From IMG/VR virus record IMGVR_UViG_3300046366_000135, positions 1 through 63,860 of that record: 63,860 nucleotides of DNA; one strand, written 5' to 3'. Both the position numbers and the translations under genes were made by a program. How positions within the stretch are numbered: position 1 is the first letter of the stretch; each line of letters opens with the position of its first letter. This DNA comes from a virus. Its lineage: Duplodnaviria > Caudoviricetes. The notes below the pieces were generated by a model that was not told the DNA's origin, made no database searches, and worked only from the letters and a program-made list of their open reading frames with translations. Positions 39,701-48,981 of this stretch are shown here, one piece after another.

Positions 39701-40674
39701 ATTGCACGGTTTTTGACCTTGTTGCTGTCTATGGTTTGGCTTGCGAGATCGGCATTAACTAACGTCCCGTCGAGCACATTAGCAGAAATCACAACCCCGG
39801 TGCCTAATGCCGGGTTTGGATAGGTTCCGGTTAGGTCTCCCCCGGCTGCTCCCGTTGGTGCGCCACTGCCAGAAATAACAGTATTGTCCCAAAGCAAATT
39901 AACTGCCCATTTATACGCACCTGCCTGCCGCTGATCACGTAACGCACGAACCTGAGCCATTTCTCCTGGCTTAAGTAAATATGAAGTCTTGGTATTTGAA
40001 AGATGAGCATCCGACAGAATCCGAGTCTCAACCAATCCTGAGTCATTTTTCACATTATACACCACACCATAATGATCGGAGTTGGGAGCTGCAAGGAATG
40101 CCACAACAGAAGTATCTGTATTTCCCTTACAAGAAATATAGATGTTGTTATAAAATCGAGAAGGAGTTGCGATAACAAGGTTGGGAATATAGTTGGTTGA
40201 ATGAGCTACTGTGATAGACGTATCCTTCTTAACTATAATCTCGTTGAGCAACGAAACCAAGTATTCGTTATATACTTGCTGATCGGCATTACTAAGCCCG
40301 GACACAAAAGGAAAATAGCCTTTAGACGTAGGATGAAAAATAGCTTTCATCCCTGAGCCTACAGAGCTGATTTGTGTGATACCTACTTTAGAGACTTTCA
40401 CCGATAATGTTGGATGCATTGCACTCACAATTTCAGTTATAGGCAAAAAGAAGGTATAAGCACCATCAGAGAAGAATACAACATCTCCTACCTGAACACC
40501 AGAGGCATCATAGACACCAGAAGCGTCGTTAAATACTCCCGTCAAAGTCCATGTGGTAAGATCACCCATAGATTGAGAAGCGTTAAAAGTACCACTTAAA
40601 TTAGGCTGACGCTCTGCCTGTCCATAGAGTACTACGGACAGGCAGGTTAATATGATTAAAAGAACGTTCTTCAT
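36718..40674 (-). CDS. long tail fibre / receptor-binding protein with N-terminal signal peptide
   Basis: Fibre modules GAAGGDLTGTYPNP, DGDKGDITVSG, GGSNTQLQYN, GRVGIG..PTARLH, GSGSPE.VVTAPPGSIY...GNTGW; leader MKNVLLIILTCLSVVLYG|Q. Confidence 0.85.
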   Translation of the reverse strand: MKNVLLIILTCLSVVLYGQAERQPNLSGTFNASQSMGDLTTWTLTGVFNDASGVYDASGVQVGDVVFFSDGAYTFFLPITEIVSAMHPTLSVKVSKVGITQISSVGSGMKAIFHPTSKGYFPFVSGLSNADQQVYNEYLVSLLNEIIVKKDTSITVAHSTNYIPNLVIATPSRFYNNIYISCKGNTDTSVVAFLAAPNSDHYGVVYNVKNDSGLVETRILSDAHLSNTKTSYLLKPGEMAQVRALRDQRQAGAYKWAVNLLWDNTVISGSGAPTGAAGGDLTGTYPNPALGTGVVISANVLDGTLVNADLASQTIDSNKVKNRAISPVKLGVSGATDQQVLKYNSSTGTTGYATDNSIYNQDGTISSSRTINLGGANGDYVNINGTQNNKKLGLYFSADGQYNNDGFFTFQTSKTDTKNNYSNLTWGHYIYGPSNRTYSINFNALAERNATVNTGVFYDLDLRRASGDFILRHRVQIDSSSRMYNYLQFKSDSISGGGRAHISGFAYKSQTSGQSTIIAPTKSWLLQTNFYNSSTKFDWLRVDNLDTDTTSNRISFYNNKYVFPNSSPGSGNKMIEWQSGVPVWISTPSGGGGISDGDKGDITVSGSGSTWTVDNGAISTAKLASNAVDSTKAANLSPNDLVGAGASTNQVLTWTGSKWAGRDASGGSGTPGGSNTQLQYNSSGAFAGNGNATYDGSTVSVRALNVKLDSTDNKKIIFSSLDAGTGNAGLWYDKTRLPDRQSRPNEVISLGFNWDNSSTGDNSNIRLGIERHYMPFPGAGYYWQEFHAPEVRLTDGTVFRPASWEGRKDIKSGVWTYRADSYNLLASDDTDLLSFSRAGGFKSTATATSSAVWRFLNSEATKEINWTIGADGTNSFNATTGSKFVFQKPVFVETGITGTGLNILSNFTGSNALNITGTVTGSSTPLDISVSSSTGLQGLLYNTSSATNAKATMTVLATGSNADASLFFGNTSVEYWSFGLDASDGRVKLNSNASDPSSGTNHFLVTNTGRVGIGGVNSQNPTARLHLPAGSAAANTGPLKFTLSGHTQKTITEEGLLEPSTDGTRLLYTPTSGVVLDVTLTYRGSGSPETVVTAPPGSIYINTLGGAGTTIYFKETGTGNTGWVSRSTTLVDGQFTTGTPSLSAFGTSNYQRYSAVVELTSGASADTDIPLPTANAGAFGKSILLSPRDLNTSYNINATGSIELDGASTATMHLTKPTEFVCNIVGTGPTTYRWVVVDNATNDKGSSSASTDGSGDVVITHNKNHTNYVVDIQGTGTTLGVGYTITAKTATTFTVRAYDTSTKAAITSTGVTFDWIIK

Positions 40675-40677
40675 AGA

Positions 40678-42303
40678 TTAGATATTTGTAAATTTAGCAT
40701 GGAACCCTTGGCTGCCTACAGATAAGCCACCAATACGCAAAGTAATATTGCCAGAACCTACCCCTACAACAGACAGAGCAGGGTTATTGTCAAGATCAAG
40801 GGTGGCTGCGTTAGTAACTGATAGAGCACCAGAAGCAGGAATAGCTGTTTTTTGCATAACTGGTACATTGAGATCAGCAATACCTGTGTTACCCCCGGTT
40901 CCTTGAAATTCAACCGTAACCCAGTTTGTAACCCCACCAGCATCAGCACTAGCCTGTACATCAGCACTAACTAAACGCCAATCAGCAGACATGACCTGTA
41001 CTCCACTAGGAATTACAATAGTCAATTTGTTAGATGCAAAACTTGCGGAAACCCCCGCACCATAAGATACAATAGTCAAAGTAGAACCAGAGTTTGCACC
41101 AGTGATACCCACACTGTATTTAGTTAATGCTTGTGGGGCATTAGTATAAGTTTGCCCTGTACTTTGTTTATGATATACAGTAGGATCGTTATTTAATTTA
41201 TACAGAGCATTATTCGTAACCCCTGCCCAAGCTAAAGCATGTGTAGAGAAGCGTTGAATATCTGTATAAATAAATTCTTTTCTGGTCTGGGTGTAAATAG
41301 TCAAATCAGAACCTTCCGAACCATCAATCACATCGATTGTGTATACAGGCTGCCCAGCACTTGCTTGAGTTTGTGCTCTTGCCCATGACCCACTTGATTC
41401 TAGGATTGTTTGTACAGTAGTTCCATTCCCAGCTACACTAATATCAGAGATATTTGTAGTACTACGTGATCCAATATAAGTACCATAACTTGAGGCACTA
41501 CCCCCATTAAAATGAACCCTACCACCTAAAGAACCTGATGCCCAAGTACCTTGATTAATCATAAAAGGATACGTAGCTGTAGTTATCGTAGTACTTTCCC
41601 CTAGTGTTCCACCTAATTTAAAATTACTTGTAGCTAGTGTAAGACCATTACTAGCAGTATAACTACCACCACCACCAGAGTTAAGGTTATTCAAAACAGT
41701 TTGTAGTGAAGTAGCATCAGAACCACCCACAGTAGGATCATCTACAATACCTGTTGCAAAAGTACGCCAGTTTGTATTTGTGCCATTGTAGTAAGGAATA
41801 GAATGAGCACTAGCCCCTGTGACATCCCAATCGAGTGTAAGAGTAGAACCTACAAGAGTAGATTTCAATACATTACCTGTCAAGATAGAAAGTTCTCCAC
41901 TAATACTATCCTCTCCTACATCAGCCACAAGATTAAAGGAACCTACCCCACCACCTCCACCAGAAGCAGGACAGTTACAGTCAGTAAGTTCAGCAACAAC
42001 TGCTGGAACATTACCATAGATTGTTTCAGTAGCCTTAAAAGAAATAGACTTTCCAGTATAGTCAGTTAAGGTAAAAACTTGACCTGACACAAACCAAGAA
42101 AATGGCTTTTTAATAAATACCCGGTTAGATGGCCCACGATCTACTACGATACCAGAAGTGTATTCTGTACCTGTTAAACCTGTAGCACAGGGAGCACAAT
42201 AAGCTTTAGGAATTGCTTCGCAATTATAGCAGGTAAGTTTAGTTGTTTGAGAAAACCCTAAGACTGAAATAAGTAAGCTAAGGGTTAAAATAATATGTTT
42301 CAT
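40678..42303 (-). CDS. fibre-like structural protein with N-terminal signal peptide
   Basis: Gly/Ser/Thr-rich, YTASNGLT..FKLGGTL fibre motif; leader MKHIILTLSLLISVLGFS|Q. Confidence 0.7.
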   Translation of the reverse strand: MKHIILTLSLLISVLGFSQTTKLTCYNCEAIPKAYCAPCATGLTGTEYTSGIVVDRGPSNRVFIKKPFSWFVSGQVFTLTDYTGKSISFKATETIYGNVPAVVAELTDCNCPASGGGGGVGSFNLVADVGEDSISGELSILTGNVLKSTLVGSTLTLDWDVTGASAHSIPYYNGTNTNWRTFATGIVDDPTVGGSDATSLQTVLNNLNSGGGGSYTASNGLTLATSNFKLGGTLGESTTITTATYPFMINQGTWASGSLGGRVHFNGGSASSYGTYIGSRSTTNISDISVAGNGTTVQTILESSGSWARAQTQASAGQPVYTIDVIDGSEGSDLTIYTQTRKEFIYTDIQRFSTHALAWAGVTNNALYKLNNDPTVYHKQSTGQTYTNAPQALTKYSVGITGANSGSTLTIVSYGAGVSASFASNKLTIVIPSGVQVMSADWRLVSADVQASADAGGVTNWVTVEFQGTGGNTGIADLNVPVMQKTAIPASGALSVTNAATLDLDNNPALSVVGVGSGNITLRIGGLSVGSQGFHAKFTNI

Positions 42304-42321
42304 TTTTTGAATTAGTTTTGG

Positions 42322-42348
42322 TTAAGGGTGAGTATAACCCACCCTTAA
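42322..42348. promoter_or_regulatory. intergenic hairpin
   Basis: TTAAGGGTG / CACCCTTAA; no clear U-tract. Confidence 0.45.
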
Positions 42349-42365
42349 ATGATGCTCGTTAATGT

Positions 42366-43184
42366 TTAATCGCAAAGGAAACGTTCGGTCATCTCGCAGA
42401 ATGCAAATTGACCGTCAGAACCAACCAATACAGGTTCATCCTCCAAAGTGTAAATTTTAATGGTGTAACCACCCTCAGCATTGTTCACGCTTACTTCTAC
42501 ATCAATATAACTGTAACCATTAGCGGATACCAAAGTATCTAATGTATCAATAACATCAGCTTTCAGAGTGGCAGCAGTTACAAGGTCAGTTGATGTACCA
42601 GTGTAATTATAAGGGTTGTTAGCAAGGGCAGCAGGAGTACCACCATTGAAAACAAAGTTTCCAATTTGATCAACCCCAACATACTTCCACACCCGAACTG
42701 GTACGATCTCACAACAAGGAGTCGGAGTAGACATTGTACTTGCATTGTCGAAAGTAATTGCAGACAACACAGCACGACCCCGATGAGTGATGGTCAACGC
42801 GCCTCCGGCATAAGAAACTCGCAGGTAAATGTCATACTCATACAGTTCCAATACTTTAGTCAACCACTCCTCTACTTTAGCCGCATCAGTTACAGCAATC
42901 TGACCATAGGCAGGAGCAATAACTTTCCCATTTGCTTGGGTAATAGGCATGGTAGTCAAGGCAGTAATGCTAGAGCCGTCAGGGTGAGTGATAGTTACAC
43001 TTGCCAATTTCCGGGTGTTAGCCACAGTATTGGTGAAAATACGCTGACAATTGTCAGGAGCATTTTCAGTACAGCAACCATATACCCCACCGAGTTTGAA
43101 CAGATTCTCAGGGTCAGCATGATAGTTTCCACGCAATTTCCCAAATTCGATCAGCTTCATTCGCTTCAAAATTAAATTGCCCAT
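42366..43184 (-). CDS. probable virion structural protein
   Basis: Position in the morphogenesis operon; two CC motifs. Confidence 0.55.
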   Translation of the reverse strand: MGNLILKRMKLIEFGKLRGNYHADPENLFKLGGVYGCCTENAPDNCQRIFTNTVANTRKLASVTITHPDGSSITALTTMPITQANGKVIAPAYGQIAVTDAAKVEEWLTKVLELYEYDIYLRVSYAGGALTITHRGRAVLSAITFDNASTMSTPTPCCEIVPVRVWKYVGVDQIGNFVFNGGTPAALANNPYNYTGTSTDLVTAATLKADVIDTLDTLVSANGYSYIDVEVSVNNAEGGYTIKIYTLEDEPVLVGSDGQFAFCEMTERFLCD

Positions 43185-43525
43185 TTATCCCCATCAGGGT
43201 GAGGGCAGGTTATTAAAACTAATTCAAAGTCACCAACTCCCAAAGCCTTTTGTCCTAGCTCCGAGGCACTTAAAGGTTGATCTTCATGGCCTTTAAGTCG
43301 TTTAATTGTTTTCAGTCTTCCCTTCGTAGCCAAGGGACAGCCACATTTAGTGCATCCTGGCATTTTAAAAGAAGTAACAGGAGTAGTAATTGTAACTTCA
43401 CCGAACAAAGGACAACCAGCACAGACTGATTTTCTATGTTCAAAAGTTTTTTGATCTACTGCCTCACCCCCCTCAGAGATAAGAGAAGACAAATTATCAA
43501 ACACAAATTGTTGTAAGATATTCAT
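43172..43525 (-). CDS. Cys-rich small protein (DUF6171-like pattern)
   Basis: R..VCAGCP..CTKCGCPL..K...CP...KW. Confidence 0.65.
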   Translation of the reverse strand: MNILQQFVFDNLSSLISEGGEAVDQKTFEHRKSVCAGCPLFGEVTITTPVTSFKMPGCTKCGCPLATKGRLKTIKRLKGHEDQPLSASELGQKALGVGDFELVLITCPHPDGDKWAI

Positions 43526-44181
43526 GCGAAAAGGTATTCGTGTCCTTGGTGTTCTTTATTGCAGTCACAGTTTTGTTTTCCACAATCAGAGCAGCCAAAT
43601 CCAATATAGTTTTCGTAACAAGTATTCGTTTTGTTCTTTTTCAAAAAGCGCAGCATATTTGCCTGAGCTATTTGAATTTGTCGAAGGATTGCAGCATCAA
43701 GACTTTCATAATCCTTACGATCAGAGGTTTTAAAGTCCTGTCCCTCATATTGAATTGTGCCTCTACCTTCAATCTTAGTTCTGATAAAGGGCAACCTCAA
43801 TCGAAGGATAATGTGTGCTAGATAGTACACTAGATATTTACAGAAAAAGTCCTCATAACAATCACTTTCAAATCGTCTTCCCGGTTTCCAGTAATCTTTA
43901 TTTGGAGGTTCAATTCCTTCAACTACTGCAATAGCTTCGTAAGCTTCACCATCAAAGAAAACAGTATTTCCAATAATATAAGAAGTTAAAGGACTATACT
44001 CTTCAGTATCAGAATAGTCTACAAGATCATCAATCATATCTTGATAAAAATCCTCACCAAGACATTCAATCATCTCATACTCCTCATTCATTGCGAGCAC
44101 ATTAAAATCACACACGGGGAAATTTAAAGAAATTCCACTATGCCGGATTACTAGGCTTGGGGTCATTATTGTTTTTCGCAT
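43522..44181 (-). CDS. putative head-tail adaptor with inserted CBM5/12-like module
   Basis: Follows portal; CLGEDFYQ motif; insert YSPLTSYIIGNTVFFDGEAYEA..GIEPPNKDYW. Confidence 0.6.
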   Translation of the reverse strand: MRKTIMTPSLVIRHSGISLNFPVCDFNVLAMNEEYEMIECLGEDFYQDMIDDLVDYSDTEEYSPLTSYIIGNTVFFDGEAYEAIAVVEGIEPPNKDYWKPGRRFESDCYEDFFCKYLVYYLAHIILRLRLPFIRTKIEGRGTIQYEGQDFKTSDRKDYESLDAAILRQIQIAQANMLRFLKKNKTNTCYENYIGFGCSDCGKQNCDCNKEHQGHEYLFA

Positions 44182-45451
44182 TGCTACTACCTTTTTGTTG
44201 TAATTTGTTACGCTCTTCCAAAGTTTTACTTAGGATAGGATCAAGCATTGTGTGTAATGGCAATCCCATACCATAAACTTTCCAAATCTCGTCCAAACAA
44301 TAATTTAAAACCCACTCCCAACGATTCTGAGTAGGCTTAATAACAGACATGTTTTTGGTCTCAAGTAAAGACCAATAGACATCCCCTCCGTTATTTGCAC
44401 CTACAGTATTTAGTCCTCCTAATTGCTTATCCCAGTGATGGGCAGCATAAATTTGGGCAGCAGCAGTTTCCATGATCAATCTCTTGTACTCCGAGTCTCG
44501 ATTGTAAGTCAAGTCAATTGCAGTTGGGGCTTTACCTCCTACTGGGTATTTTACTCCCGCCAAAACTTTGGCATCTTCACCTTCAACTGTAACTATCTGT
44601 CTTAAAGCATCAACTTTAGCTTTGAATCCAGTTTCTTTATTATCCCTACCTCCCTTAACTCGTTCAGTAGGAACCTCTTCAAAGGCTAGAATTTTCTGCC
44701 CAACATAATCAGTCCTGCCAATTTTTACTGCTTGATGAGAGGCCATTACCTCTACGTACATCCAAAAAAGGGAATTGATAATTCGAGGTCTTCCATAAAA
44801 CTTAGAGCCTTTAGGAACTCTTAAATGGAGCATAGTTTCAACTCCATCAGTGCATTTCTGCCAGTTAAATGGCTGACCTATATATGAAGCCTTAATCAAC
44901 AAAGGCTTTTTCTCTCTCCAATAATTTTCATCCCATTTCTCAGTTTGAACTAGGACTTTATCTCTCTTACTTGTACCTTTTAGGTAAGCTACTTCAGGAT
45001 ACCACACAGGCTGCATGATTACCTTTTTAGCCCGGTTTAGTTTTAGTACTTTGATATGAAGATAAGCATTGCCAGATTCTTGCTCATAACCATACAGAGT
45101 TTCCAGAATGTCCTTTAAAGGAATAGGAGCAAGTCCCATATCCAATAACTGAGACTCAAACGCTTCTTTTTGGGAGATAGAAATCTCCCCAGTTTTTTTA
45201 TAGGCAACTCCCGGAGTCTGCCTTACAGTAAAGTCTAAGCCCCCACCAAAGGCATAACCACCTTTATCATCGACACAAGACCCATGCGAAGGACTAAGTT
45301 CACATAGGTCTTTTAGGACGCTTAGCATCTCATGGCTGCTACTCTCCCAATTCCCGTAATATGGAATTATCCCATACTTTTTGAACGTTTCCGTGACTTG
45401 TTTTTCGTCGTTTACGCTTTCTAGTATCGGATTTTGTACTTGCAACAGCAT
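44138..45451 (-). CDS. portal protein
   Basis: SPSHGSCVD.K..YAFG.G, GNAYLHI, FYGRP, IKPTQ; 437 aa. Confidence 0.8.
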   Translation of the reverse strand: MLLQVQNPILESVNDEKQVTETFKKYGIIPYYGNWESSSHEMLSVLKDLCELSPSHGSCVDDKGGYAFGGGLDFTVRQTPGVAYKKTGEISISQKEAFESQLLDMGLAPIPLKDILETLYGYEQESGNAYLHIKVLKLNRAKKVIMQPVWYPEVAYLKGTSKRDKVLVQTEKWDENYWREKKPLLIKASYIGQPFNWQKCTDGVETMLHLRVPKGSKFYGRPRIINSLFWMYVEVMASHQAVKIGRTDYVGQKILAFEEVPTERVKGGRDNKETGFKAKVDALRQIVTVEGEDAKVLAGVKYPVGGKAPTAIDLTYNRDSEYKRLIMETAAAQIYAAHHWDKQLGGLNTVGANNGGDVYWSLLETKNMSVIKPTQNRWEWVLNYCLDEIWKVYGMGLPLHTMLDPILSKTLEERNKLQQKGSSNAKNNNDPKPSNPA

Positions 45452-45647
45452 CTATCAAATCGGTTAAACCTATGTTATAAAAATATTCGTATTGCTCCTG
45501 AGTACATTCAGGGATTACGATTATCAAAGGTAGTTTGGGTGGGGTATTTGTAATGTGAATTTCACCTCCAATCCCAACGAACCCAAACCCCTTTAAGAAA
45601 GCCCTACGTGGTTTGAGTAAGGCTTTCTCAGTGGGTTTATAAATCAT
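45339..45647 (-). CDS. hypothetical protein
   Basis: Coupled between tail tube and portal. Confidence 0.5.
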   Translation of the reverse strand: MIYKPTEKALLKPRRAFLKGFGFVGIGGEIHITNTPPKLPLIIVIPECTQEQYEYFYNIGLTDLIDAVASTKSDTRKRKRRKTSHGNVQKVWDNSILRELGE

Positions 45648-46354
45648 GCAAGGACTAGTTCAGTTAGGTCTACATTACAATAGATTGGTGCAACCAAAGA
45701 TTCACCTACCAAAGTAATGTCATTACCTGCTTTAGAAGTACCAAGCTCACCAGAACGGTCAACGTGAGTACCAAAACGCAAGGTCTTAACCTGTTTGATG
45801 AATGCAGTACCATTCCATTCAACCCCTACAAGACGTTGATTACAGTTATTGTCTACAATCAACAAAACAAGGTTACAGCACTTAAAGGAGTTTTTGATCT
45901 TCAAACGGAATGCAGCAGAACCACCCTCAAAGTTGATTACAATTTCTTGTTCGTAGACAGCAGTGTCTTCACCAAAAGTAAAGGTATACTGAGAAGTTTT
46001 ACGTTCAGGGCTGATTTTTTTCCATACAGCAGCCCCTTCCATGATAAAACCAGTTAGTACTTCAGTAGTCGGGTTAAACAGTTGGTCAGGAGCGACTGCC
46101 GCTACAGTTGCAGCCCAGTCAATATCTCCATACTGACACCAGTAGGCTTCTTGGATACCTCCTGAAGTATTACAAGAATCATCAGTTTCCAAATCATCCA
46201 AGGTACAAGCGTAGGCACAAGCAAAAAGTACCTTATTGTGAATGCCAGTCATCAACGCCCCAAAAGAGCTGGACAAAATGAAATTTGTCCAGTCGCCTTG
46301 AGCAGCGAAGAAAAGACTAAGCCCCATATTGAAAATGCTTAGAATCTTTTTCAT
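45644..46354 (-). CDS. probable major tail tube protein with hydrophobic N-terminal leader
   Basis: ACTL..C.TSGGI..Y, VDNN..RLVG pattern recalled from Bacteroidota siphophage tail tubes; follows the capsid gene. Confidence 0.65.
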   Translation of the reverse strand: MKKILSIFNMGLSLFFAAQGDWTNFILSSSFGALMTGIHNKVLFACAYACTLDDLETDDSCNTSGGIQEAYWCQYGDIDWAATVAAVAPDQLFNPTTEVLTGFIMEGAAVWKKISPERKTSQYTFTFGEDTAVYEQEIVINFEGGSAAFRLKIKNSFKCCNLVLLIVDNNCNQRLVGVEWNGTAFIKQVKTLRFGTHVDRSGELGTSKAGNDITLVGESLVAPIYCNVDLTELVLA

Positions 46355-47559
46355 TATTCAGCATAGATTTGTGAGCCTACAACATAGTTCACATCCGCAA
46401 TTGCGTTTGCAAACATAGCCTCAGACAAAATGAAGTATTTACCACGTTCAACATTGCTAGTACCACGTTCAATACGGATACCAATGTTGTTGGTCTCAAT
46501 GTCAGGGATTTCACCAAAACTACCACCAAGACCAATGTTACGACCCATTGTGAGGTAGCTGAAATGGTATCCACCTTCCAAGTACTGATCATACTCAGCA
46601 GTAGCGTCAATTGGAATCAATGGAACATTGTCTACAAAATAAACATAAATTGTAGCACCTCCATTTTGATATTCCCGGCGAGTCAGACGAGGTTGGATCA
46701 GAACATTATTGATGTTGTATACAGCCTGTTCGTTGTACTGAGCAGCAGCGCGGTTGTTGATAGAATCGCTAACCAACCATACAGCAGAAGGTACAATACC
46801 ATTAATTGCCCGGCCATTTACACCACCTACGTTCAATTGTTTAACCATTGGGCCTTTAGCCTTAGCTACCAATTCATCCTTCAACGCGATCACATCACCA
46901 ATGAACTGCTTACCGTCGAACATACTTGCAGTGAAGTAGTTAGGCAGGTTCAGGTGTGTGAATGCAGAACCTTGATCAGCAGTCTCTTTCAACAAAGGCA
47001 GCCATCCCCGACAAGCGGAGTTAGTCTTCTTCATCAAAGAACGAAGATCGTTAGATACATCATCCCGGAAAGTTTGATCGGTAAAGTTGAACAGACCCCC
47101 AGCAGTCAAGGTGAGATAAGCACCATAAGTGTAGTTCTCAATCAAGATTTCTGTGAATTGATTGATCAAAGCTTCAGCAGTAGCGTCCAATGTTTTGTAG
47201 CCATTCGCAGACCAAGTAAACAGGTGCTTGAAGCATTCATCCATCAATTCATCCCAGCAATGCTGCTCATTGATCTTGGCATCACATGGAGTGATTTCCT
47301 GACGATCCATACGCAAGCTACCAGTAGGTTCCCAAGAACAAGACTGGTTTTTCTGCCAAACAAAGGGGGTAGCCTTAGCGCTGTGAATAATATATTTCAA
47401 CTTCTGGTTCATAGGCATCCATTGGAAAATGCCGAATATACGCTGATAAAAAGAGAAGTTGTCATAAATATGCTCACGCGCAAAGGAGTTGGTCTCAGCA
47501 ACAGGAAAGACCAATGTCTGTTCCCGACGATTAAAAGTGGGTTTTACTCTCAGGGCCAT
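46354..47559 (-). CDS. major capsid protein
   Basis: 401 aa directly after prohead protease; SCSWEPTG..KINEQHCWDEL pattern; strongly biased codon usage. Confidence 0.75.
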   Translation of the reverse strand: MALRVKPTFNRREQTLVFPVAETNSFAREHIYDNFSFYQRIFGIFQWMPMNQKLKYIIHSAKATPFVWQKNQSCSWEPTGSLRMDRQEITPCDAKINEQHCWDELMDECFKHLFTWSANGYKTLDATAEALINQFTEILIENYTYGAYLTLTAGGLFNFTDQTFRDDVSNDLRSLMKKTNSACRGWLPLLKETADQGSAFTHLNLPNYFTASMFDGKQFIGDVIALKDELVAKAKGPMVKQLNVGGVNGRAINGIVPSAVWLVSDSINNRAAAQYNEQAVYNINNVLIQPRLTRREYQNGGATIYVYFVDNVPLIPIDATAEYDQYLEGGYHFSYLTMGRNIGLGGSFGEIPDIETNNIGIRIERGTSNVERGKYFILSEAMFANAIADVNYVVGSQIYAE

Positions 47560-48905
47560 TATTGTACAGTTACAAAGCCATCATAGAGGGCTTCAAATTT
47601 TTGAATCGAATTAAGTTTATCGTTGGCCGAGTTATCACCAGAACCTTCTGCCTCATAACCAAGAACTCGCTCACTGAGGGTTTTATTCTCAGCACTAAGT
47701 TCAGTCATTTTAGTTTCAAGTTCAGTGATCTTAGAAGCCATAGAAGCACTAGCTACATTTGCGGTAGATAGTCCATTCAGAGCCTCAGTCAATCGACCTT
47801 CCAAATTTGCTACCTTAGCCGTAAGGTCAGCAGTTACAGCAGAGATTTGAGTGGCTACGGGTTCCATAGCCTCAAGCTGGTTGGCTGCCTGCTCCATACC
47901 AGCTTCAGTTGAAGTTACGCTGATACCCAAAACTCGGAGGAATTGGTTGGCCAGCTTGTCAAATACAGTCATATTTTCAGTTGTTTTAAGCACAGTCATT
48001 TCCTCTTCAGAATCTACTTGATCTTCTAAGGATTTTTCTTGAGATGTGGAAAGGTTTAATTCATCACCAATTTCTTGAACCAGCTCACTCAAAGATCGAA
48101 TACCATCTACAAGACCCGTTTCAATAGCCTTAGATGCTTTAACCATATCCCCTTTCAGCATTTCTTTGCTTACTTGAGGTCTATGCAAAAGCACTTTAGA
48201 ATGAAATAGATCAGCGGTTTCGTTCAACTCCTGAGTGATAGGTTTATAATTACCCTTCAAAATTTCCCTCCATTCGAGGTTTTTATTGGGTGATTTTTCA
48301 GAATAAATGTCAATCACATTCTCCCGATACCAAGTTACAAACTCTTTATCCAAGGAGAGCATTACACCAATAGACCCTGCCTCAGCAAAGTCTGATTTAA
48401 GGTAGATTTTTTTAGCTGGGGCAGCAGTCATATAAGCAGCAGAGCCAATAAAATTACCAAGTACATAGACAGGTTTTTTGAGACTTTTCATAGTCTCATA
48501 CATCATAGCTCCGGCTGAAACAGCCCCACCACCAGAATCAATATCCACAATATGAGCTACAACATCAGATTTGGCATCAGCAGTAGTAAGGAAATTTGAC
48601 CAATCATCAGCACCATAAGAGCACATTCCCCCATAAGGCTGCATCACTCCAATTATTTGGACATAGTTGATGAATTGGTTTGATTTACCCTCTCTTCGTT
48701 CGTAATTTTGTTCCCAACGATCTGCTAGAACAATCTCAGAAGCAGCTCTTTTCGTAGCTTCATAACCTAATTCTTTGATCGACACACCTTTCTCAAGAAG
48801 CTCAATTTCACCAAGATATTTGGATAGCTGTCGCATACCCCAATTGATGTCAATTAGCCATTCAGAACTTGTAATTAGATTGTCAATAATTTTATTACTT
48901 GGCAT
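47559..48905 (-). CDS. S49 (SppA/ClpP-like) prohead protease fused to coiled-coil scaffold
   Basis: DIDSGGG, GSAAY, GSIGV, GLVDG; C-terminal coiled coil. Confidence 0.9.
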   Translation of the reverse strand: MPSNKIIDNLITSSEWLIDINWGMRQLSKYLGEIELLEKGVSIKELGYEATKRAASEIVLADRWEQNYERREGKSNQFINYVQIIGVMQPYGGMCSYGADDWSNFLTTADAKSDVVAHIVDIDSGGGAVSAGAMMYETMKSLKKPVYVLGNFIGSAAYMTAAPAKKIYLKSDFAEAGSIGVMLSLDKEFVTWYRENVIDIYSEKSPNKNLEWREILKGNYKPITQELNETADLFHSKVLLHRPQVSKEMLKGDMVKASKAIETGLVDGIRSLSELVQEIGDELNLSTSQEKSLEDQVDSEEEMTVLKTTENMTVFDKLANQFLRVLGISVTSTEAGMEQAANQLEAMEPVATQISAVTADLTAKVANLEGRLTEALNGLSTANVASASMASKITELETKMTELSAENKTLSERVLGYEAEGSGDNSANDKLNSIQKFEALYDGFVTVQ

Positions 48906-48922
48906 ATTTTCTAAAATTCGAT

Positions 48923-48930
48923 CAAACTTA
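48923..48930 (-). promoter_or_regulatory. -7 promoter element for the head operon
   Basis: TAAGTTTG; no canonical TTG at -33. Confidence 0.5.
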
Positions 48931-48981
48931 TATAGTTTAAATCGAAAAACCTAGACTTTAGTTTCTTCTGGTAGTATCCAC

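Noticed and set aside
46564-47586. 340-aa plus-strand ORF
   Set aside because: Antisense shadow of the codon-biased major capsid gene; no motif or promoter.
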